Source: Eledone cirrhosa
Lineage: Eukaryota
Direction of reading: 5' to 3'
Length of the DNA: 64,000 bases
Assembly (NCBI GenBank): GCA_964016885.1
Contig: OZ024743.1
Span: forward strand, 359,166,001-359,230,000
Shown here: one piece after another, positions 1 to 13,514 of the stretch
How positions within the stretch are numbered: position 1 is the first letter of the stretch
Layout of the letters: each line of letters begins with the position of its first letter
Made by a program: the position numbers and the translations under genes
Notes under the pieces: model-generated
What the model saw: only the letters and a program-made list of their open reading frames with translations
The model's database searches: none
Told to the model about the DNA's origin: nothing

Positions 1-830
1 TTAGAAACGGCGGGCTTGGACTCTGGTCTCGCCGGCTTTGCCGGCGTTTCTTTAGTCATTTACCTCTAGCCGTGTCCTCATCAACAGGGTTCTCCACAAC
101 ACAACGGAACCCATTGTGATCGAGGAGCGTGCGTCCGCCTGCGAGAATTGGAACCGGCTTGGACAACGCCCAATAGACGTCCCACATCCTCTTCTCCCTG
201 TAGAAGTCAATTACCCCACAGAGCATATGGGATGCCACCCAGTGCGGCATGGCCTTGGACAGGATAGCGCGCCAGCTCGATCAGCACCTACTCGCATATT
301 TTTGGTCGGCTTCGCAACCCAAATAACGGTTTCTGGCTCAATGCGTTACCCTCCGTTTTGACTGGCACATAGCTGTATAATGATAGCCTGCGAATCGGGG
401 TTTCCCTGAGGCACGGCCTCCGGATTTGCGAGCCACACAAATGTCATTGCGGATCCACTGTAGACTATTTCGGTCTCGACACGCTGCCACTACAGTCCCG
501 TCCGCCTTCCACGCCATGGTCATGAGGTCATCAAACATGGCTTTGATGCTGCAGGATTCCCCTCCCATCTGAAGGCGGCGGGGCTAGACCGAGGGGACGG
601 CAAAAAGCCTGACGGCATGACTATCTTCCCATTCCACGGTGGTAACCTCTTCACCTGGGATGTCACATATAGAGACACATTCTCCTGCGGCAACCTGGTG
701 CAGTCTGCAACAAACCCAGGCTCTGCTACACTACGGGCCGAGGCGGGTAAACTTTCAAATATCGGTCACTCTCAGACAGGTTTGCGGTCGAGCTCGTAGC
801 AGTGGAGACTTATGTGTGGCTCCATCAACA
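1..830 (+). mobile_element. Decayed 3' part of a CRE-clade-like non-LTR retrotransposon (Zn-knuckle + restriction-like endonuclease)
   Basis: Frame-broken translation [61 protein letters not shown] matches the R.DG.RPDG.T..P...G..L.WD.T RLE signature of animal CRE elements; stops and frameshifts present. Confidence 0.75.
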
Positions 831-1127
831 TTCTCCGGGGAAACGCCTTCTCTATTTTGCCCGCCTAGACCGCGGGGCGGCCAGTGGGTGGGTACCCCTT
901 TTGCTCATAGTAGTGAGAGATGGGGAGAACGGGGGAGACGGAGTCAGTGACAGTGAGAGTTTGATTCTTTTGTGTTCGGACCTGGTGTGTATGTATATAT
1001 TTATTTACCACACCTCATGTTACATACACACCCATATAAACCATTTATAAATTATTACAGTTCAACGATTAGTTCTTATAACCGAAAATACTAAACGGTC
1101 CAGAATTAGCAGTCCAGAATTAGCCGT

Positions 1128-1255
1128 CGAAACGGCTTGAGCTCAGCCGTCGGGGTCCTACTTGTTCCTATTACCCACTCTACTACCCTAAGTATTGAGT
1201 ACTTTGGTGCGTTATGGTCCATCTGGTTCCTTACCACATTTCCTTCGTTATATAT
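1128..1255 (+). repeat. PLE pseudo-LTR-like repeat carrying the 3' half of a hammerhead; second copy at 36108-36226 (-)
   Basis: GAAA-cggct-tgagctc-agccg-TC present, 5' CTGANGA missing; near-identical reverse-complement copy at 36108-36226, both ending at a TA tract. Confidence 0.6.
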
Positions 1256-1668
1256 ACTCGGTAAAGGTAACCATAGTGAGTACAGTGAATTTTTTGAAAT
1301 TTATTTTGAAACTTTTTCTTATTTGCTAAACCTTGATTATATATGTTCTGGCTCGTTAATTTATTAACCTGCCATTGAACCACATTGGCATATGGTTGGA
1401 CAATACATGTGTCCCTGGACGCTTTTTGCGTGTAGGGATATATACTTTATTATTATTAATCTCCCCTTGGTCGAGATAAAATTTGGTCGTTTTGACTGCT
1501 GCTATTTATAGTGGTAGTAGACTGACATCCCTGCCTCTGCTTCTATCTTTACACATGGCACTGGACAGAATTGCTTCCACATCATTCATTCTCATCTCGG
1601 GAACAATTTTGAATAGCGCCAGTTCGTAATTTGAACTCGGGAATTTTATATTCTCCGAGTGAAAAGAA

Positions 1669-1753
1669 CCTTCTGACGAGAGTTTATCTTTTCAATGGAA
1701 GGCCGCAAGGACTGTCCATTTATTTTTGAGACTCGAAACCGATTCGGTAAAGG
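1669..1753 (+). ncRNA. Type I hammerhead ribozyme, extended stem II
   Basis: cctt-CTGACGA-gagttt..(aatgga..gcaa..tccatt)..agactc-GAAA-ccg att cgg-TA-aagg; predicted cleavage after 1749. Confidence 0.85.
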
Positions 1754-2157
1754 CAACCATAGTGAGTACAGTGAATTTTTTGAAATTTATTTTGAAACTT
1801 TTTCTTATTTGCTAAACCTTGATTATATATATATATGTATATTTCTCGTATGTCAAATTAATACCATTGAACAACAACTGTATCATAGACACCCTATATA
1901 TTTCCGAGGGTGTTTAGTGCATGTGGGGATATTAATCTCATTTTATATAAATTCTCCCATGTGTAGAGAAAAAATCCGTTGTTTACTCAGCTGCTATTTT
2001 TAGTGGTGTGGCAGACAATACGTCTATGCTACTACCGCTTCTACTAACGACCAGTTCACGTGTAAGTCACGTTTACGGCCCCATTCGATCCTGCACTAGC
2101 TGGCTGAAGGCAATATATTTGCCGGCTGTGGGACTTTAAGTCCTATGTAAGGGAAAA

Positions 2158-2238
2158 TGCTTTCTGAAGAGCCGAACTTTCCATTGGAAGTCCTTCGGAT
2201 TTCCAATCTTTTGTGAGACGAAACCGTCGGTAAAAGCA
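2158..2238 (+). ncRNA. Type I hammerhead ribozyme, extended stem II with cUUCGg loop
   Basis: tgcttt-CTGAAGA-..attggaagtcc ttcg gatttccaat..-GAAA-ccg t cgg-TA-aaagca; 6-bp stem I. Confidence 0.8.
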
Positions 2239-2315
2239 ATATGGATAGGTAAATATCTAAATTATATTTTTTGAATTTATTTTGAAAGATTGTTTGAATT
2301 TTACTTGTTCCACTT

Positions 2316-2550
<235 letters not shown>

Positions 2551-3682
2551 TAGGATGATGGGTGCAACTCGATTTCGAGTAATGCCATCGTTTGATACTT
2601 AAGCATGAGCATCACATAGCTTATTAGTCCTGCTAGGGATTTGCCTATGGAACGCAATGCCATGCACTGCAAAAAATGTCACATATCAAGCGATGTCTGT
2701 GCTTGCAGCTTTTTTAAGTGAGGAAAGGCTTTTCATCGAATGCATTTGCCCAAAAAGAAGAACTGGTTTACATCATTGGATGCAAACGAAATCGCAAGTT
2801 TTATATCAGAGCAACCTTCTCCTCTTAATGAAGACTTGGAGTCTCTCGCTCCACAAAAAATGTATACACACACACAAACACACACACACACATGTATATA
2901 TATACATACAAATAGTGAAAACAATGAAATTAAACAAAAAACGGTTAATTCATAGTAAAACTCATTATTTTACGATCGTTAATCATAAATTGTTAATCAT
3001 AAATTCTTTAATAATTATAACTGTAATTATTTTATAAATTATATTATATAAACTGTTGTCAATATTATAAATAATTTTGGTAAAGTTTACCTTCGTGAGG
3101 TTGTAAAAACATTATGTTTACTTTCTCGTGTTTGTAAATCCTTTAAATTTGATTTCATAAAATTTGAATTTTAGAAATTAAACTTGATAGTATACTTTAA
3201 TATTAATACAGATACCTATTAACTTGTAAAACCTAAAATATTATTCATTACTCTGAACTAACTTAAATTAAATATTTTGAATATTAACGGTCAACCAAAT
3301 AAGTCTAGATATATATTGTATATATGGATAACTGTCTATAGTCTTGAACATAAATTATTCCCCTTTGTCTCTCTCTCTCTGTGTAATCAACTCTCTTTTG
3401 TCTTTCGAGGCACCTACTAACTATATTATCCCATCAGCTGTTTCTTCCTCTATGCTTTCCTTTCTTTCCTCTTTCTTCAGTAATTTAAATTTTTTTAGCA
3501 GTTATATTGATGCCATGTATTTTTTAAGCTGTCTCACACGCACCCTCTCTATTATATGTATTATATATTTTTCTCATGTTCTCAATATTAAGGTATATAA
3601 ATATTGAGTTTTTTCATATCATATTCACTACCATGACTGAATCTTAACCATCTACTATGTCAGGGTATGTCATGCATCATCT

Positions 3683-3749
3683 TATTTTATCTGATGAGGA
3701 CGTACTGTTGAAGTTAACTCAGTACCTCTGAAATATGAATAATAAAATA
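3683..3749 (+). ncRNA. Type I hammerhead ribozyme motif (PLE pLTR-like)
   Basis: tattttat-CTGATGA-..gtactg..cagtac..-GAAA-t atga a-TA-ataaaata; 8-bp stem I, minimal stem III. Confidence 0.7.
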
Positions 3750-3965
3750 TCTATTTTGTTAATATTTTGAATAAATATTAATAACTCAGAAAACAATTTG
3801 TTGAGTGCTTCCAATCTATTGTAAAACTCCTACTTTGATTTATTCATTGAACCTTGTTTAACTTTTAAATATATATATATATATAGTTGAATTTCGTAAA
3901 TATCCCTAATGTTAGTAGAGAACTCAATTCGAGGGATGAGTTGTTTTTATTACATCTCCAGTTCA

Positions 3966-4047
3966 TTTCCCGAATACAAGTGTATCAATGGGAGGAGCCA
4001 AGAGGGCATATGTGGATCCTCCCAGTGAAATACGTGTATTCGGGAAA
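3966..4047. other. 82-nt imperfect hairpin
   Basis: tttcccgaatacaagtgtatcaatgggaggagcca pairs with tggatcctcccagtgaaatacgtgtattcgggaaa. Confidence 0.85.
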
Positions 4048-4202
4048 GTCTACTGTGGATATGTATGTATATATATATATATATATACATAATATACATA
4101 CATACACACACACACACACTCACCCACACTCTCGCACACTCTCGCGCGCACACACACACACACACAAACACACAAACACACACACACAAACACACACACA
4201 CA

Positions 4203-4241
<39 letters not shown>

Positions 4242-5751
4242 ACACACACATATATATATGCCACCCTTACAAACACACACATGTATAGTTTCATGTTTAC
4301 AAGAAACATTTGCAAATATATTATTTAAACAACTCTGAACTAATATATATGCTAATATGATGGAAATATATTTTGGTGAATTACAACTGACTTTCGCTAA
4401 ATCGAAATAGCTAAGTGTGTTGAAAATTCAAGATAGATTAGATATGAAATAGAAGTATCTTGAGTTCTACAGAATTCATGTTTGTGTGCTTATCACCTGA
4501 AAATCGCATGTATGTCAGAGATACAACTAGATATGATAAAACGTTTCAGCAAAATAAATAGGAAGAAAAGCGAGATACTTAAATTGAAATTGCCTACAGG
4601 TGATAAATATATTATCAAATGCTGTGGAGTTGTCTGACCTCTACATATTTTCTTTAAAAGTCATCTCCCGAGTCAATATTGAAAATGAATATTAAGCTGC
4701 TCTCACAGAATTGCGTACTTGTAGTAGAATTAGTTGTGACACTATAATATCCGCTCTACCAGGTATTACATTTAAAACCCGCCACATGTTCCATGCCAAC
4801 ACCAGTCACGATGTTTCATCTATACCAGAGAACCTAAAACATAGTGGAATATTTTAATTTAGAACAATGTTCAAGGTGAAGAGGGAATATTTCTAACCAG
4901 AACTATATATTTTAACGATTTGTCACGTAGAATGTAAACAATAAGTACTATAGAACAAAATGCTGATTTAGTGAACAACAGAGGAAAGAATGGAACGAAG
5001 AAACAAAATTTGATAAAAATGATCAATTCAAAGAATCTAGAAATTTTTAGTGAAGATTTTGTTGAATAGTGAAATAAGATTTTGGAACTATTAGGTTCGT
5101 AATATATAAGTTTATGTGTATTATCTGACGTGATATTTTAAGACATACTTAGATCTAGATTTCACATACTATATCTGAATAGGAGGCAAAACAGGTGAAA
5201 CCTAGAAGTGCATTAACATCTCTAGTTACAATACGTTCACAAACACAAGCAGACAGACCTGCTCATATTCGCAAACATATACCCATACACCCACACAAAT
5301 ATTAATATGTTCAGACTTAAATTTCACAGTTTCATTACTCAAGTTTCATAAAAGCTTAGAGCGATTTTCAGATAAACTGTTTTTGCTTTTTAAATCTTTA
5401 ACGTATAGTTTTAGTTGAGTTTCATTTACTGTTTAGATTTATTGTTGTTTAGCCCCAAGATAGCTACGATTGAGAAGACGTATTTCATACATAGTGCATA
5501 TTTCTTTAAATAGTATAAATGCCTGACTGAATACACACGTGCTTTTCTGAAAAAACAAAAAAACATTCTAGCATTCCTTCCTCTTCTCATTCTATATCTT
5601 TCTATTTCATTTTTTATTTTTCATTCTATTTTCTGATGAAGGTCCGTAACGTAAAGACTTTGCCTATCATAGAAAGCGTTAAACTAATATATTTCTTCAT
5701 TGTGCTGTGTTGTTTCCGTTTATGTTTTGTATATATATATATATTTATATA

Positions 5752-5995
5752 TATTGTTATTTTGGGGGAGGGCCATATTGTTATAATCTTGCCAGAAATA
5801 ATAAAACACACTCACTGATTGGTTTGGATTGGTTTTCGCTTCTGTATCTTTTATATCACAATCCAAACCAAACAGTGAGTGTGTTTTATTATGATTTCTG
5901 GCAATACTATAACCCTAACCCTAACCCTAACCCTCCCCAAATATAACAATATTTGTTTCAACACACGATTTCATATCAAAAACCTTGCAAAACAT
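5752..5995. repeat. Inverted pair of an interspersed repeat, with (AACCCT)4 at 5911-5934; related copies at 16786-16900 and 23410-23510
   Basis: tattgttattttgggggaggg ... ccctccccaaatataacaata inverted ends; shared aaacagtgagtgtgtt and ccctccccaaatataacaata with 23440-23510. Confidence 0.65.
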
Positions 5996-6002
5996 ATTTA
6001 TG

Positions 6003-6051
<49 letters not shown>

Positions 6052-6204
6052 TTTGAGTACACACATGTTGGTTAACATAAAAAATAATCTCACATTCAAT
6101 CCCTCTCTCCCCCCTCTCCTCCCTCCCTCTTCACACACATATATATGTCTGTCACACGCACACATGTACATACACATGCGAACACACTCACTCACGCGCG
6201 AACA

Positions 6205-6597
<393 letters not shown>

Positions 6598-6674
6598 ATA
6601 ATAATAAATTTGAAGACTAAAATCAAAAGAGGGCTAATATATATATATATATATTTATTAAAATAACAGATTAA

Positions 6675-6725
6675 AGTTTAAGCAAAGAATCGCTGCTTTC
6701 ACCCTTAACGGGATCTTCTGAAACT
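6675..6725 (-). ncRNA. Hammerhead-like motif with CAGAAGA core (U4A); in repeat 6594-6770
   Basis: Minus strand agttt-CAGAAGA-tcccg ttaa gggt-GAAA-gcag cgattct ttgc-TT-aaact; all three stems form; same motif at 15309-15359. Confidence 0.6.
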
Positions 6726-6949
6726 AAAAAAATCAATCTGTGAACGCAGAAGTAAATATTTCGAAAAACGTTATCTAATGCAGACAGCCAGACAGAAAGA
6801 GATATATTATAAGGGCGCGACGTTATAGCTAAAAAGATAGACTAAGAAAAAGAGAGGAATGTTGTGCGATGTCATAGCTATGTATCTATCTAAAAAGACA
6901 GACTAAGAAAGAGTAAGGAATGTCGTATAACCGGAAGTGTTGACATTTG

Positions 6950-7135
6950 AAATTTTAAAGAAGTGAATATTTAAATAATGTCTTTAATCTTTTAACAAAA
7001 TTCAGTAGACAAAAATACCCTCACATTTTTACTTGGAAAAAGTTGCATCTATGGTGCAAATTTGGTGCTGTTTGGTCCAGCCGTTTGGCGAAAAGTTTGT
7101 TACATACATACGGCGTCAGCTTTATATTATAGATA
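6950..7135 (-). mobile_element. Probable 5' terminus of a non-autonomous Helitron-like element
   Basis: Minus strand starts aTCtataatataaagctg in a TA context and contains the ccaaatttg motif seen in 18640-19609. Confidence 0.4.
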
Positions 7136-7949
7136 TATAGTAAAATAAAAATAATATAATATTTATTTATATATAGTCTATATTATATTATTTATCAGAT
7201 ATAAATTATCGATTTTATTTATTTATATTCTTTACAATTTGCATGTAGGTAGATCTCTCTGGAAATAGTGTTAGGTGGCGCTGAGGACATTACATGGCCA
7301 TGAGTGGGGGCGGTGGCCCAAAAAGTTTGAGAACCTCCGATGTAGTGGAACTTGTAACCAGGATACATTTGAAAGAGACAAGTTGAATATGTAAATGTTG
7401 AGATGCGACAGAATAAAGAAATCACATGGACGTCTGTCGTATTCACCAGCCTGCTAGGATTGCGACCGACTGCTGCAGCCAAAGAATGGGGCCAATGTCG
7501 TCATGGATATTTTCGGCGGAATTGACGAATATGCCATATAATACGTATTCTTGTATTATATACTTTCATACCGTAGCAAATTTAGTCCAAGAATAATTTC
7601 GCTACACACACAGACACTCTCCCTCACACACATACACACAGTCACATACACACACGCACACACACACACATATACACACTCACACTAACATGCACACACG
7701 CACGGACAACCATACACCCACACATATATGATTGTGGTTTGCGTTTGCTTAGGTGTGCGGTGACATGAGCTTGGTTGGATTTGTTTAAGTTCCAGTTGCG
7801 GCATATACCGTCTAATAAATATCCTATTATAAGTTGAGCCAACTTATACAGCTTCCTATAGAAATGAGATTAATCACGTCATTTACACAGACGAGAAAAC
7901 CATATATTCTCGCCCGTTTTCAAGTGCAGCAGTCGCAAGACTAGGAGGG

Positions 7950-8320
7950 ATCGTCCTAATGAGAACCAGTTAAGTTCGAAATGCATCGACGATTGCCCCC
8001 CTTGCTTCTGCTGGACACCACATGAACATCAGGTGGTGTCATCACGTCTCCAACGACGAGCTCCATGATAGCCAATCGCCAGATAAATCGCCAGATAAAT
8101 TGACCAGGTCCTTTCTCTCGTTCGACATACGAGCTCGGTCGACGGTGGTAGTAGGCTCCACATTGGGTGGCTGGAAATAATTAAGGAAAATCACCAGAGG
8201 CTCGCCGTCAACCTGGAGGACTCAGAGGGGCTGGTACAGGAACGCCAGCGATGGAGGGCACTGGTTTACCTGGTCAGTCCTACGCACAATGAGGCCTCTG
8301 TAGGCGTTGGCTATGATGAT
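7950..8320 (+). mobile_element. Decayed 3' end of an RTE-clade LINE
   Basis: Peptide remnants NIRWCHHVSNDEL and LVQERQRWRALV resemble RTE C-terminal motifs; short (GAT)n tail. Confidence 0.55.
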
Positions 8321-8355
8321 TCCAAACCCATCGAGCAAAAGCAATATATACTCAA

Positions 8356-9852
<1,497 letters not shown>

Positions 9853-9999
9853 AAATAAATATCTAAAAATAAAAAAGCTGGGTATGGAAAGGGTAAGGTA
9901 GAAAGTAGGGGGGAATAAGGAAAATAAATAACATAGGAAAAGGTTTAAATATAAGGGGAGATAAGGGAGAAAAAGAATATAAGAGTACAGAAAGTGAGT

Positions 10000-11830
10000 T
10001 CAGAAGGTAAAAAATCGTAGTGGTTGTAAGGCGTAGAGAGCAGAGAAGAAGTTCAAGGTGGTTGAGTCAATCCAGTTACAGATCAGATGTGATTTCAGGT
10101 GAGGACAACATCTGAAGATCTCGGTCTTGCAGTTCAGGCAAGTTGAAGTGGCTTTCAAGTTTTGTAAAATCCTAAATTTTTCAGTGGTACACAAAGAACA
10201 ATTCTTGTGCCCCTTTGGTATTTCCTCGAATGGTCTAAAATAGACCAATCGATAGAGTACGGGATGTTTTTATCCTTGAATCCCCACACCCTATTTGCGA
10301 GAGCCGTTGCTGTTCTTTTATCGGAGTGTTTAAAAGAAGCGACATGTGCATAAAACCTGGTTTTAAACCTGTCCTGAGTCATGCCAACATATCGTTCACT
10401 CCTGGCTGGCTGGTTGTTAATTAAAGGTGTCACTTTGGCCTCATATACAACGGATTTGGTGTTACATTTGCCCTGTAATGGGCATTCATCCGGCTTCCTG
10501 CAACTGCATCCTGGATTTATTCTCGTACGATTAGAATTAGTGATTTTAGACTTCATTGATGGGCAGCAATAGTAACTGATTTTAACTACATTTCTATTAA
10601 ATATCTTATAATATCTATGATTAGGAGGAAAATGTTTGTCTAAGAGGTCAAGGAATTTCCTTCCTACATTAGTTTTGACAGTTAAAGAGAAGGGGGGGGG
10701 GGTGTAAACCAAATAATTTTTCTTTTCCTATTATTGTGGTTAATTTTAGGGGTAGGAGTAGGTAAATAATTAATGTTTTCTGTAAATCCGCTGTTATTAA
10801 GGGCTTTATTATAATAAGGTGCGGCTTTATTAAAAATGTCTAGAGACGAAGATAAGGTAGAAATCCTACGGCTAATGTTGGGAATAAGATTTTTAAAAAC
10901 TATAGGGGGATGGCAAGACTCTTTGTGTATATATCTAAGATTTTCGTTAGGTTTATGATAAGGTTTAAAAGAGGCAGTAAGTAGATCAAGATTAATGTCA
11001 AGGAAGTTAGCATTGGTAAGGTTCGTATCTATAGTAATTTTAAGGTTAAGATTAGCAAAAGTATTGATTAAATCTTTACGGAATTTATCAAGGTTATGGC
11101 CGTTGGTGGTATGAGAAACTGCCAATCCGTCGTCACGTTATAAACCGATATTATGGGAAGGAAATTTCTCTTTGAGGGTGTGGAGAAGGAATAATCCTAC
11201 TAAGTCACACACATCCGCACTGTCATATGAACCCAGTGCAACATCAAAAGAGTTTTTACGGTTTGACTTTTTAACCCAAATACTTTCATTAGTAAAGAGT
11301 AGAGTTTTTCTAGCATGAAAGATAATGTCTTCTTCTAATTTAGAAATATTAATGAAGGGTCTTACAAAATCTAAAGCTTTAGTTAATAAGGAAACGGTAA
11401 TAGAGGGGTAAAAATCAACAATATCAAATTGGGTAAATCTACACTTATTTTTACCTTGTATATTATTAAACCAAGAAATAACAGAGGATGTATTTAACCA
11501 TTGTGATAAGTCAGTCTTAGTTCTAGTTTGGAGAATTATTTTTCTTAAGATTTTTTTACTTGCAAGGCCAACTTCGGATTTAGCCGGGTTAATCAGTCTA
11601 CAACTAGGTCGATTAGTAAAGTCTAATTTATGGTCTTTAAGGGTAATATATGCTTTACGTTTAGCTAGGCTTTCAAGGTTGTCTATTTTTAAAGAACAAG
11701 CTAGTTCTTTAGCTTCTTTATTAATAGTATTGTAGGTGTTATTATTAGTTAATTGATATTTGTTGCTGATACTATTAGGTAAAAGTTGGTTATACAAAAT
11801 ACTATTAACTTCAAAGAGATTTTTAGTTTT
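10000..11830 (-). pseudogene. Decayed Penelope-like element RT + GIY-YIG (YRDDG-type; tentatively Naiad-like)
   Basis: ORF pieces 11138-11911, 10682-11125, 10155-10712 and 10000-10248: RLINPAKSEVG, QFDIVDFYPSI, GL*RDDGLA, FLDINLDL, IIWF.PPFS..VKTNVG, CSCRKPDECPLQGKC, VVYEA..YVGMT..FKTR, CSLCTTEK; stop in YRDD and a G-run frameshift near 10695. Confidence 0.9.
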
Positions 11831-11876
11831 ATATATGTATATATAAATATATATATATATATATATGTACATATAC

Positions 11877-12340
11877 AATAATGAGAGGTACGCACATATA
11901 TGTGCATACATTTATACACATGTATATATACAAATATATTTTTTCACAAGTATGTGTGATTGTGTGTTGAACACCTCAGGGAAAGAGCGCTTCCATACAC
12001 CTCTGTAGCAAGCGATAAAATCTCCAAAAGGCGGATATTATCACGTGATACACCGGTCAAGAAAGGGGACTAAATCCCTTGTAGCAGGGAAAAATATCTC
12101 AGAAAGCGGAGGGAGATATTGATATGATACCGAGGCTGATACCGAGGCTACAATTGGGTGGTAAGGTTGACTGAAAGTGTTTATAGTGTTTGCTTAAAAG
12201 CAGTTTCTATACGTCCGTGGTTACTCTACCGTGAGGGGTTTGAGATAATAATAAGAGGTACGCACATATATGAGCATACATACACATGAATATATACACA
12301 TATATTTTTTTTCACAAGTATGTGAGATTGTGTGTTGTCG
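11877..12340. repeat. ~90-bp direct repeat (11877-11968 and 12248-12337) at the 5' side of the PLE
   Basis: gagaggtacgcacatatatg...ttcacaagtatgtg.gattgtgtgttg occurs twice. Confidence 0.8.
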
Positions 12341-12414
12341 ACCTTAACCAGTGTTGCTCTATGATTATGAGAGACAAGATAATCGAAATAATTAAATTGA
12401 CTCGATATCAGAGC

Positions 12415-12713
12415 TATTAGAACTATTTCATTCGTGAAAAATCATCAGGAAGCTGACTCTCCAAGTAAATATGGTGGTATTTATATATTTTCTGGTGGTA
12501 GGAGAGGGTGGGGATTGGGGTGGGTGGAAGTCATTGGTTGATGGGTTTAAAGAAAAGGGAACTCTTTAAAAGCTAATTCTTTAAAGCTATAATTTATATT
12601 TAGAGTGACAAAGGCAGAAAGAGTGCTATAAACAAGTTCAGACTGGAGTACCACTCATTAATTTTAAGTTTCTCTTAAGCTAACAATGCCTATATTTCAG
12701 GTGTCTACAAGCA

Positions 12714-12715
<2 letters not shown>
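12415..12715 (-). repeat. PLE pLTR-like repeat with HHR core; second copy at 36640-37200
   Basis: High similarity to 36735-37020; minus strand CTGATGA-tttttcacgaat-GAAA; stem I is not convincing. Confidence 0.6.
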
Positions 12716-12800
<85 letters not shown>

Positions 12801-12853
12801 ACACACACACACACACAGACACACACACACACGCACGCACGTCCCCCCCACAC

Positions 12854-12934
<81 letters not shown>

Positions 12935-13389
12935 AATATATATATAAATATAAGTATGTATACGTACATACATATATGTGTACAGACGTACAGTAGTATG
13001 TATATATATACACACATGCACACATATATATATGTACGTATGGGTTTACCGAACATTTATTATAATGTTCGGTTTGTTTGTAAACAAACAGCCCGAATTA
13101 CGTCGGCGACAATGGTTGCCGAACACTGTACGGCGTAATTCGGGCTGTTTGTTTACAAACAAACCGAATATTATAATAAATGTTTGGTAAACCCATACGT
13201 ACATATATATATATATGTGTGCATGTATGTATATATATATACATACTACTGTACGTCTGTACACATATATGTATGTACGTATACACACTTATATTTAGGT
13301 ATCAGCCGTACTAAGAGTGAGAAATGAAATTTCGTTTCATTTTTTCCATTTATCGTTTTCGGTATGCCCGGCCAACTAACTCACTCGAT

Positions 13390-13397
13390 ATGCAAAT
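13390..13397 (+). promoter_or_regulatory. Octamer ATGCAAAT upstream of family A hammerhead
   Basis: Exact octamer in all three copies (13390, 63526, 23811 minus), 79-80 nt before the core; function inferred. Confidence 0.45.
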
Positions 13398-13471
13398 TAA
13401 GCTGCTCAGCCGTTAGTATGCATAATGAAAGTATATACTTTCAAACGTTCAATCATCTGACAGAAAGGTAT

Positions 13472-13514
13472 ACGATGCTGACGATAGCTAATAAGCTTGA
13501 AACTAGTACATCGT
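13472..13514 (+). ncRNA. Type I hammerhead ribozyme (family A)
   Basis: acgatg-CTGACGA-tagc taataa gctt-GAAA-ctag-TA-catcgt. Confidence 0.9.

Larger units (their letters stand above)
1259..2315 (+). mobile_element. Non-coding hammerhead-bearing tandem repeat (family B, ~486-nt monomer; retrozyme/PLE pLTR-like)
   Basis: cggTAaa(g/a) recurs at 1259, 1745 and 2228; 1259-1345 is nearly identical to 1745-1830, the rest is homologous but diverged; no ORF; further copies at 61735-62470. Confidence 0.8.

Noticed and set aside
1625-1642. Antisense Pol III B-box (gagttcaaat) in family B
   Set aside because: No matching A box found and orientation is opposite to the ribozyme; insufficient support.
2590-2860. 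Non-repetitive stretch with a short ORF ([10 protein letters not shown]...)
   Set aside because: No recognisable domain; frames run into microsatellite.
4590-4845. Possible exon with splice-like ends
   Set aside because: All three frames after the minus-strand acceptor contain stops; no recognisable protein.
5628-5690. CTGATGA-aggtcc-GTAA-cgTA hammerhead-like motif
   Set aside because: GAAA is mutated and stems are poor; at most a dead remnant.
7300-7345. hAT-like terminal sequence (aaaaagtttgagaacc)
   Set aside because: No partner TIR or target-site duplication located.
10000-11830. Selenocysteine recoding in the YRDDG-type PLE
   Set aside because: Conserved Cys positions are ordinary Cys codons; the interruptions are a TAA stop and frameshifts.
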